The translations under genes and the position numbers were made by a program. From assembly GCA_002269645.1 (NCBI GenBank), contig NIVC01003863.1:1-24675 (forward strand): DNA of 24,675 bases, given 5' to 3'. The notes beneath the pieces were generated by a model, which saw only the letters and a program-made list of their open reading frames with translations, was not told the origin of the DNA and did no database searches. Numbering within the stretch: the first letter of the stretch is position 1; each line of letters opens with the position of its first letter. Shown piece by piece: positions 11,096 through 20,885 of this stretch. The DNA is from Macrostomum lignano (Eukaryota).

Positions 11096-12008
11096 AAGAC
11101 CGTCTCAAGGTTTATCTAGAGAGACTAGCAGATTACGAGACCTCTTAGCAAGAAGGTGAACTACAGTGATAGCATATAGAGATAGATTATGCATTAATTA
11201 TCAAAAGACAAAGGTTATCAAGCTCCCAAGATTTATCCTTCTATTAATATATCCCGTTTGTCACTAGAAGGAAAATTTTTTTTAGAAAATCAAGTCAGTG
11301 AGATAACAGACTTGGTAAATAGAACGAGGCACTGGTTGCAATGTACTGTAAAGTAGAGAGAATGCCGAATTAGGCTAAAGGCAATAGCATCATGCAATAA
11401 CGTCGTGCCAAACACACACACAAACACGCACACATCGTGTTTAGCCACACTGATTTCGCATGCAGACAGACCACGCCCCATGGGGTGTGATTATACAGAT
11501 GGAGCTCTAGCTAGTATACATGTAGGATATAGCTAGTATTGCTAATTTATAATGTTAATTTACTAGAAAATAATGAAATACTCAGAGACAAAAATGACTT
11601 TATAATACATAAAATGATTGATACAAACGCAGCAAGTAAAGCAAAAAAATAGTTTCTCATTTTCATAGAGCATTATATTTTGATTAGAAACACAGTGTAA
11701 GTATTAAATAAAAACATCGGGTTTCTAATAGTTTTTTACGAGCGTATTTGTTTTAATGAAACACAATTTCCTACCCAGAAAAAGTACAAACTGCTACGCG
11801 AAGGCATTAGTGACTGGAAAATGCGCAATATGATTACGATCATAACTCTGCATGCAAATAAATACGAAAAATTTACCAACAAACTGACACCAATGTGCAT
11901 TTCCATCCAATTAGCATTATCCTATCAATGGGTAACCAAAGATTAGAAGCTGAATGAGAAATAAACCAGATAAACCATATTAAACCCATTCGTTTGAGTT
12001 TTGTTGGT

Positions 12009-12431
12009 ACAGAGATACTAAAATAACTAGATGGGCCACTCAGGCACATATACTGAGCTTTCTACTTTCAGTTCAGTAGCAAAGAAGAGTACAGAATTAT
12101 TTTATAAAAACAGTTCAGCTGAAATGACTTTGATAAGTTTAAAAGCCCAAGCTTGCAGGCGTAAACAGCTTGCTAATTGGTTCAGCAATAATGTACATTG
12201 GCCAGTCCACTTAAATGTACATGGCTGTACAGGAAATAAAAATTGGGGTGTGGCGGGGTAAGGGGTAGTGTGGAAAGGCGCGGTTGGAGGTTTAAGTGGG
12301 GGGTAAGAGCAATAAATGAACCTTGGCTTTAAAAATACATTAAAATGCTTCAGTTTAAATTGCTACTGAACGGAAAGTAGCTTACACGCAAATGTGCTGA
12401 GTGGCCCATCTGGTTATTCTAGTATCTGTCG
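12009..12431. mobile_element. MITE / non-autonomous TIR element, copy 1 (~420 bp)
   Basis: ~38-bp imperfect TIRs (AGATACTAAAATAACTAGATGGGCCACTCAGGCACAT ... ATGTGCTGAGTGGCCCATCTGGTTATTCTAGTATCTG). No coding capacity. Second copy at 22256-22707. Direct repeat GTTGGTA at 12003-12009 and 12432-12438 may be a TSD. Confidence 0.85.
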
Positions 12432-12595
12432 GTTGGTATAAAAAATGTTACGAAAAAAGCCAATAGACAAACTGGCCTACTGTTAAACGCTGATATCAAG
12501 CAGTAGGCAGTAAGCGAACGGCCACTAAATTAACAAAATATCAATCCATGAAAAGTAGCTGTTTATCCCTCCTCACACTACAAAGCTTTCATGTT

Positions 12596-13870
12596 TTAAC
12601 TTCGCGACAGCTGGTGTAGAGTGTCATCAGACTCTGGAAGCACAGCCACCACGTTGCCGCCAATGCGAGCCCACATGGGATCAAAGTGCTCAGTCTGAAG
12701 GCCAGTTGACACCCAAGTCTGACGCAACTGACGCTGCAAGCTCGTCTCGTCGACGACCTTCTCGCCTGCAGCGTCGCCCTCCACAGTCAGAATGTACAGA
12801 AACGGTCTGTGCGGAGCTTCGGTCGAGTCGGCAAGGCGATAGAAGATCAAAGAGGCCGGCCCAGTCAGCTGGTCGATGCGGTGAATAGCCAGACAGCTTC
12901 TCTTTGATCTCGCCGCCTCGGTGGCTGCCGCGTCAATCAATTCGGTAGTGGCGGCAGTCTTGGCTTCGACTTCGCTGCAGCCGTCTTTTTCAGCCTTCGA
13001 AAAAGTGCGACAGCCGCATTCGCCGATGCCAGATGCCAACAGGCGAGACAGTCGGCCAACCAGAAAGTTCAGCGTCAGCTGGGAGGAGGCGACGCCGCCG
13101 CTGCCAACGCCTCTGCTGAACAGCATCAGCACTGACGGTGCGTCAACGGGTGTAGATGAGCCGTACTGGCGAGTCAGACAGGCTGATATTGTGGACCAAA
13201 GACGAGCCGATTGGGCGGGAAATTTGCCAGCTAGATCTCTCTGTACGACAGTTTTGATACAAACTAGAGTACAATTGCTTGTGTGTTTGCTACCACTTGT
13301 TAAGAAGGCCCGTGCGCCAAGAATGTAGGCAAAAACAACTACGAGTAAGCCTATAACAATATATAAGCACTTTGATTCGTTTTCTTCCTGTGCGGATTTT
13401 CTCTCGCGGTACCGAGGAGGAACTTTGCCCCGACGCTGACTTGGCGACGGGCTTGGAGAGGCCATCGACTCCGTACCGTAGCCATAGGCCGACAGGTCAG
13501 GGTACAGTCGGTTCGGACTGCCAAACGTTGACAAAGAATCCACGGAGCTGTCGGTTCTCGACGAGCCAAAATGATCGCTAGGATCGGACACTGTTAGCTG
13601 CTCCATCTCGTTAGAGATATCGTTGTCAACTCTGGACCCGTTCACTTCAACCGAATCTCCGGCGGCGGTGTCGCCCCCTGCTGGATTTGACGTTGTTGAC
13701 ATATTATTGGCGCTGTCATTTTGTTCGCGATGCTTTTGTGAAATGTAGGCTTGTCTAGATCGGGCTCTGACATCGTCGCCAGGCGCAGATGGAGACGTTG
13801 GTGTCGGTTTAGTTGTCTTTGATGCCACCGCCGCCGTTAAGGGCGATTTTGCCGTGTTGGATTTGTCCGA
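12596..13870 (-). CDS. TOR1AIP-like: Torsin-1A-interacting protein (LAP1/LULL1)-like, paralogue 1 (large exon; 5' end needs splicing or an internal Met)
   Basis: Type II layout: ~165-aa disordered N-terminus, TM ([19 protein letters not shown]), luminal domain. FPAQSARLW ~ [18 protein letters not shown] ~ [33 protein letters not shown] ~ [40 protein letters not shown] ~ GLWSRISHLVLPVQPE (recalled human LAP1/LULL1). ORF-track start is GTG; phase-0 acceptor ttttcaagcag|TCG at 13871. Confidence 0.85.
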   Translation of the reverse strand, partial: [424 protein letters not shown]

Positions 13871-13989
13871 CTGCTTGAAAATATGCGAATGACAATATTG
13901 TAACAGTTTGATGGTTGGAGCTATGCACTATTGAGCTATGCAAAAACCGAATCTATCAAAATTGAACCCGAAGTCTTAGTGCTATCTGT

Positions 13990-14356
13990 TTTGCCAGGCA
14001 TCATCACCTCCAGGGAAAAATCTGTAGCAAGGAACGCCTATTCTGCCTCCGGCGTCGAGAATGCGGAGCACTTCATCCGTGACTGCCCGCCCCCCCCCCC
14101 GCCTTTACTCAGGACAGGCTCATCCCACCTGAACCTAAATCCGGACCTCTCCGACGTTTTCAGGCCCGAGAATCTCTGCCAGCTGGTCCGCTACCTAAGG
14201 GTTACCGGGCGAGCGACTATCCACCCCCTGGACTCTCCGGAAGGGGACCGCAGTGCAGACACAGCAGCACCAGCTGCCCGTGGTCGCCAGGATTTAGCGG
14301 AATGGGCGGTGACGGATGTCTGGAACCCACTGCAGCCAAGTCTAAATAAGAAGTAG
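13990..14356 (+). mobile_element. Degenerate 3' fragment of a non-LTR retrotransposon (LINE ORF2 C-terminal zinc-knuckle region)
   Basis: [12 protein letters not shown] resembles the E..EH.L..CP half of the CCHC knuckle, and LVRYLRVTG resembles typical LINE ORF2 C-termini (L..FL..TG). GC-rich island in an AT-rich spacer. Upstream CxxC is recoverable only with a substitution plus a frameshift (CGC CTA TTC TGC). Confidence 0.6.
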
Positions 14357-15103
14357 TGCTATCTATCAGGCTTTTTTCTTAAGTTCAATGCATGATTTTT
14401 ACCATTAATAAGGCTATCTATAAAATACAACTACGTGATTAACGTGAAGCTAAATTTCATTTGACCGTATGAACGTATAAAAATGATTGAAATAATGATC
14501 ATTAAATAATTAACTCCTAGTAAAACAACACGGAGCTTGTATTATTCTTAAACTATAATTTAGACAAACGAATTTTATCTGAAACCAGATCCTTGATGAG
14601 TAATATTCGCTCACAAAAAATCGACAGGTCACTGCCATACAGACTAGCAGTTGTAAAGCAAATAACAACAGACATTTCAACTACCACACTGTGTTTGAAT
14701 AGTAGAAGAGAACGTTAAAAACATTATCGTTTACCAAAATACACATTGATTAATGACAAACATGCCATAGGAAGCATTTCACAGCCATAAAAGTAATGTA
14801 AGGGCAGTTAGATTTTACAAATCCGATTACATGTATTGCATAAAAGCTAAAAACAAGAGTTTTCAATCTTAAAAACTTATGGGTGCACCGCGAATTGTCG
14901 CTACACATTTTACGATAACGGAGCAAAGTACAAAATTTATTATTTATTATCATAGAGCGTAGAGTCATCTTTTTGCTTTCTGGCACTCAAGGAAGATAGG
15001 CCATAGCCCATTTTTAAAATTGATAAATACCAGCATTATTCTTTGCAGAGGTGTCCTGTCCGTTACGACGCCTCTGCACGTACTAGATGTCATAAATCTG
15101 CTA

Positions 15104-16081
15104 TCAACGTGACAGCTGTCTCAAATTGTTTTCAGACTCTGGAAGCACAGCCACCACGTTGCCACCAATGCGAGCCCACAAAGGATCAAACTGCTCATTC
15201 TGAAGGCCGCTTGACACCCAAGTCTGACGCAACTGACGCTGCAAGCTCGTCTCGTCGACGACCTCCTCGCCTCCATCGTCGCCCTCCACAGTCAGAATGT
15301 ACAGAAACGGTCTGTGCGGAGCTTCGGTCGAGTCGGCAAGGCGATAGAAGATCAAAGAGGCCGGTCCGGTCAGCTGGTCAATGCGGCGAATAGCCAGACA
15401 GCTTCTCTTTGATGTCACCGCCTCGGTGGCTGCCGCGTCAATCGCTTCGGTGGTGGCGGCCGTCTTGGCGTCGACTTCGCTGCAGCCGGCAGCATCAGGA
15501 GTGGTCATGGAGCGGCATTTGCATTCGCCGATGCCAGAAGCAAGCAAGCGGGACAGGCGGTTTATCAGCAAGTCCAAAGTTCTCTTCGTTGCCGAACTCA
15601 TGTCTCCGGCCCCGTTGAAAAGCAGCACCACAGACGGAGCTTCCACAGGCGGTGGCGAGCCGAACTGGCGGATCAGGCAAGATGCAATTGTCGGCCAGAG
15701 AAGTTCGGTCTGGGCGGGAAACTCGGCAGCGAGTCTGCTCTCAACTGCTTCTCGAATACAGGATGCAGGACAGAAGGCAGGCAGTGAACTGCCGCTGCTG
15801 CTGGAACTTTTGCTGCCACTGCTTGTGCCGCTACTACTTTTACCACCGGCCCTACTGGAAGTAGTATCAGCATCAGGCCCAGTAGAAGTATTTGTAATAG
15901 ACAAACTTCCAATGTGAAAGACTTCAACAGTATGCAAGATGTAGGCGTAGATTAGCAGTAAAATAAGCAGGCACAGCAACCGGCCCCACGGAATATTATT
16001 GAAACTCCTTGAACGCGCTGCATGCGTCTGTGAAAAAGTCTCATTGAGCCCTACTTCGTATTCCAATTTTCGACGAAGCAT
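15104..16081 (-). CDS. TOR1AIP-like: LAP1/LULL1-like protein, paralogue 2 (325 aa, very short N-terminus)
   Basis: True ATG at 16079-16081. TM [15 protein letters not shown] after ~33 aa, then an S/T linker and the same luminal domain with PLWARIGG (Arg codon 15170-15172). Minus-strand AATAAA at ~14936-14948. Confidence 0.87.
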   Translation of the reverse strand: [325 protein letters not shown]

Positions 16082-16309
16082 TGGATTTTTCTTGACAAAA
16101 ACCAGTTAACAGCGGTCTATAAAGTGTGTTATAGAAGGTAAATTTTAAGAGATTGATAGCGAGACCCGGGAGAGAGTGTCCGGAAAGTTCTGACACTTTA
16201 CATTCTTACAGTGACAGTGACAAAGAATATAAAAAGCAATGATTTGTACCTTTAGAAACAAATTGCTGCCTTGAGTCCTAATCATCACCCTTCAAGGCAG
16301 CCTTCCCGA

Positions 16310-16745
16310 CAGTCTCCACCTGTAGCAAGTCACTTCTTCCACTGCTTGAGCATCCTCTCCGCCTGTAGCAACACATTTTCCCACGGCTTGAGCATCCTCT
16401 CCACCTGTAGCAACACACTTCTTTCACGGCTTGAGCATCCTCTCCGCCTGTAGCAACTCACTTCTCTCACGGTTTGAGCATCTTCTCCACCTGTAGCAAC
16501 TCACTTCTTCCACTGCTTGAGCATCCTCTCCACCTGTAGCAACTCACTTCTCCCACGGCTTGAGCATCCTCTCCACCTGTAGCAACACACTTCTCCCACG
16601 GCTTGAGCATCCTCTCCACCTGTAGCAACACACTTCTCCGACGGCTTGAGCATCCTCTCCACCTGTAGCGACTCACTTCTCCCACGGCTTGAGCATCCTC
16701 TCCACCTGTAGCGACTCACTTCTCCCACGGCTTGAGCATCCTCTG
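16310..16745. repeat. 43-bp minisatellite, ~10 copies
   Basis: GAGCATC at 16348, 16390, 16433, 16476, 16519, 16562, 16605, 16648, 16691, 16734. Confidence 0.95.
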
Positions 16746-17429
16746 CACCGATGCTTTGAAAACTAGTATTGCTTTTTGATTCCCGTCAATTTTTACAGAA
16801 TGGCCAAAATATACGAGATTGCATTTATCGAGTTATCACTGTAGATTGTTCTGTTTTTCGTCTGGTATTAAAAGTGTCAGAACTTGTCGAACACCCCAAA
16901 AAATATTCCTAGACTTCTATCTAAGAACGCACGTGTTTAAAAGAACAGAATGTACCCTATTTTGCTGACGGAAGCGTTTCGTAAAAAGAAAATGAATGGA
17001 AAACTATAGTTAATAGCTAATTAATAATAATTCCCACAAAGTATATTTTATACTAAAACACTGGCCATAATTGCACAGTGAATCATACGGTTCGACATTC
17101 TCAAAAAATCGGCAAAATAATTTATCCTATAAAAAGTTCAAAACAATCACCAGGTCGATTCGAAGAAAAAACAGCGATGAAAGTGTACTTAGGTGTCTAC
17201 TGATTTATACTACTTAAGCAGTAGTGAAAAGCGAGCGCGAATTTTGTTATTGAGTTTTAAAAGTAGATCCGTGTACTTCTTAAATATAAAAAAGAACTAA
17301 ATAAAAATTCTTGATTCGTAGTTCGGCTAATAAAATGAATCACATTAGCAACGCTGCCCTACTAATCAAGCAACGATTAAGGGGAGGCAAAACGAAAGAA
17401 CGACGCGAACGAATCTTTGAACGTAAATA

Positions 17430-17719
17430 TATAATAATAATAACAATAATAGATTACACTTGCACCCATTGCGCTATTGCGCGGCGCATCTGAACGTTGC
17501 GTACAGCTGTTCAGTCCAAGGACTGGAGGGTCGCCACACACAGCCTCAATTACCCCAGCTAATTTGCTGGCACCCATTTTACAGCTGAGGTGAACTGAAG
17601 CAATGCAGAGTTAAATTGTCTTGCTCAAGGACAAAAATTGTTCCATTGGGATCGGGAATCGAACCCCCAACCTTCAAGTCGTGAATCCGACGCTCCGACC
17701 ACTAGGCTACAACCCCGGC
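17430..17719 (-). mobile_element. tRNA-derived SINE with CORE-like central domain and (TAT)n tail
   Basis: Minus strand: A box TAGCCTAGTGG, B box GGTTCGATTCC, then CCTTGAGCAAGACAATTTAACTCTGCATTGCTTCAGTTCACCTCAGCTGTAAAATGGG (resembles the MIR/CORE consensus as recalled), ending in TATTATTGTTATTATTATTAT. The tRNA acceptor stem does not pair. Confidence 0.85.
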
Positions 17720-18092
17720 TAAAAGTATACTGTTTGCCTGAGAAAAAGCAACACAAACTATAGAACTTGTTAATTCACAAAAATACAACAATTTACTGAA
17801 AATAGATAAAAGCTTAGCTTGATTAAAATTGGAAATCATTAGAAGTGACTAATGATTTGAAAAAATGTTGTCAATCGTTACAGTAATTTTTGACATACTT
17901 AACTTCAGGGAAGCAACTATTATCAGCATTACAACAGCAGAGCATTTCATATTCAAGACTTAGCGTTGGTACCAAGGTACTTAAGTAAAAAGTTTCTGAA
18001 ACGTATGAAAAGATTTATCATCTAATTAAGAACTTATAACAGCCAAATCAAATCCTGTTCTAAATCATTATTGGACTCGTTGTTTCTATATT

Positions 18093-20357
18093 CTATAACA
18101 AAGGCTTTGACAGCCGCTGCAAAGTGGCTTCAGACTCGGACTCTACTTGCACCACGTTGCCACCAATGCGAGCCCACAAAGGATCAAACTGCTCATTCTG
18201 AAGGCCGCTTGACACCCAAGTCTGACGCAACTGACGCTGCAAGCTCGTCTCGTCGACGACCTCCTCGCCTCCAGCGTCGCCCTCCACGGTCAGAATGTAC
18301 AGAAACGGTCTGTGCGGAGCTTCGGTCGAGTCGGCAAGGCGATAGAAGATCAAAGAGGCCGGTCCGGTCAGCTGGTCAATGCGGCGAATCGCCAGACAGC
18401 TTCTCTTTGATGTCACCGCCTCGGTGGCTGCCGCGTCAATCGCTTCAGTGGTGGCGGCCGTCTTGGCGTCGACTTCGCTGCAGCCGGCAGCATCAGGAGC
18501 CGTCATGGAGCGGCAGTTGCATTCACCGATGCCAGAAGCAAGCAAGCCGTACAGGCGGTTTATCAGCAAGTCCAAAGTTCTCTTCGTTGCCGAACTCATG
18601 TCTCCGGCCCCGTTGAAAAGCAGCACCACCGATGGAGCTTCCACAGGCGGTGGCGAGCCGAACTGGCGGATCAGGCAAGATGCAATTGTCGGCCAGAGAA
18701 GTTCGGTCTGGGCGGGAAACTCGGCAGCGAGTCTGTTCTCAACTGCTTCTCGAATACAGGATGCAGGACAGAAGGCAGGCAGTGAACTGCCGCTGTTGGC
18801 AGTCGAATTACTAATTGTGTTATTTCTGCTGCCAGTTGTCCAAGAATATCCAAGATACACGATAGGAGTAAAAACGAGTACAAGGACAATCATGCTAAAT
18901 TTTAGATCCGTTTTAAGTAGGCGATAAATTTTAGAGCCGTTGTTCCTTTCTTGCTGAAGTTGCAACTCAGATTCGTCTTTCTGGTTGTGCTGTTGTTGCG
19001 CCTTAGCATCGTCTGCGTTATCCTGTTCTGGTTGCATTTTAGAATCCTCTTTTTTTCTTTGTCTAATTTGCGTTTCAGAGGCGGTCTTCTCTACGTGATA
19101 TGGCTTCGCTTCGGCCTCAGTCTTCGCTTCAGCCTCAGTCTTCGCCTCAGCCTCAGTCTTCGCTTCAGCCTCAGTCTTCTCTTCTTGATCTGGCTTCGCT
19201 TCAGCCTCAGTCTTCGCTTCAGCCTCAGTCTTCGCTTCAGGCTCAGTCTTCGCTTTAGCCTCAGTCTTCTCTTTCTGATCTGGCTTCGCTTCAGCCTCAG
19301 TCTTCTCTTTCTGATCTGGCTTCGCTTCAGCCCCAGTCTTCGCTTCAGCCTCGGTCTTCTCTTCCTGATCTGACTTCGCTTCAGTCTCAGTCGTCGCTTC
19401 AGCTCCAGTCTTCGCTTCAGCCTCGGTCTTCGCTTCAGCCTCAGTCTTCGCTTCAGTCTCAGTATTCGCTTCAGCCTCAGACTTCTCTTTCTGATCTGGC
19501 TTCGCTTCAGCCCCAGTCTTCGCTTCAGCCTTGGTCTTCTCTTCCTGATCTGGCCTCACTCCAGCCTCAGGCTTCTCTTCAGCCTCAGTCTTCGCTTCAG
19601 CCTCAGTCTTCGCTTCAGCCTCAGTCTTCGCTTCAGCCCCAGTCTTCGCATTAGCCTCAGTCTTCTCTTCCTGATCTGGCTTCGCTTCAGCCTCGGTCAT
19701 CTCTTCCTGATCTGGCTTCGCTTCAGCCTCGGTCATCTCTTCCTGATCTGGCTTCGCTTCAGCCTCGGTCATCTCTTCCTGATCTGGCTTCGCTTCAGCC
19801 TCAGTCTTCGCTTCAGCCTCGTTCTTCTCTTCCTGATCTGGCTTCGCTTCAGCCTCAGTCTTCGCTTCAGCCTCGGTCTTCTCTTCCTGATCTGGCTTCG
19901 CTTCAGCCTCAGTCTTCGCTTCAGCCTCGTTCTTCTCTTCCTGATCTGGCTTCGCTTCAGCCTCAGTCTTCGCTTCAGCCTCGTTCTTCTCTTCCTGATC
20001 TGACTTCGCTTCAGCCTCAGTCTTCGCTTCAGCCTCGGTCTTCTCTTCCTGATCTGACTTCGCTTCAGCTTCAGTCTTCGCTTCAGCTTCAGTCTTCTCT
20101 TCCTGATCTGGCTTCGCTTCAGCTTCAGTCTTCTCTTCCTGATCTGGCTTCGCTTCAGCCTCAGTCATCTCTTCCTGATCTGGCTTCGCTTCAGCCTCGG
20201 TCATCTCTTCCTGATCTGGCTTCGCTTCAGCCTCAGTCTTCGCTTCAGCCTCAGTCTTCTCTACCTGGTCTAGATTCGCTTCAGCCTCAGTCTTCGCTTC
20301 AGTCTCAGTTTTCTCAACCAGATCTGACTGTTGACACGATGATTCTGTTGAAGCCAT
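18093..20357 (-). CDS. TOR1AIP-like: LAP1/LULL1-like protein, paralogue 3 (~754 aa) with a long acidic repeat N-terminus
   Basis: ATG (MASTESS) at 20355-20357 immediately after acceptor ctaattttctgccttgaacag|; the ORF-track TTG start is intronic. TM [20 protein letters not shown]. Luminal domain almost identical to paralogue 2; Arg codon 18168-18170. Candidate upstream donor CTT|GTAAGT at 20556. Confidence 0.85.
   Translation of the reverse strand: [754 protein letters not shown]
19085..20320 (-). repeat. In-frame coding repeat: 18-bp EAEAKT and 36-bp [12 protein letters not shown] units
   Basis: ~1.2 kb of CTTCGCTTCAGCCTCAGT / CTCTTCCTGATCTGG units, all multiples of 3, with no stop codon. 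Confidence 0.93.
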
Positions 20358-20885
20358 CTGTTCAAGGCAGAAAATTAGGAAAACTTGATTAACTGAAAAG
20401 CGCAACAGAAAAACATTAAGTAGACTTAACTGCAAGGTATTCTAAACTGCTTTCTGTAAATTGCATCAACTACTTGTATCAACTACTAGGGCCAAGCAGA
20501 AATTATTTCAGAATTATTTGTCTGCTGAGGGAATACTCTAGCTATCCTTGACTTACAAGTGCAATTGAAATAAAAATTTCAAAAAAAACAATCTGAATAA
20601 ACGTTCAATTGCGAACCGGGTTTACTGTGCAGTGGAATACAATAAGTAAATGATAGCGAGTGATGATTCACATTCAGTGGATTTTACCATGGAAATGTAA
20701 TTAAAGATCATAGATACTCGTATACATTCGAATATATAACAAGGAATCTGATAGTCACAAGACAAGTCGCAGGTGCATGCGAGACCCCGGGTCTATTGAT
20801 AAAAGAAAAGGCACTTCATAAGTTTGATAGTCACTCTACATAGTGACTACTTTTGAAGAAAAAATGAAAAAAATCAGCCGAGATA

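Noticed and set aside
17645-17719. Possible tRNA gene
   Set aside because: Acceptor and anticodon stems do not pair well, and it continues into a CORE-like body and simple-repeat tail, so it is a SINE head.
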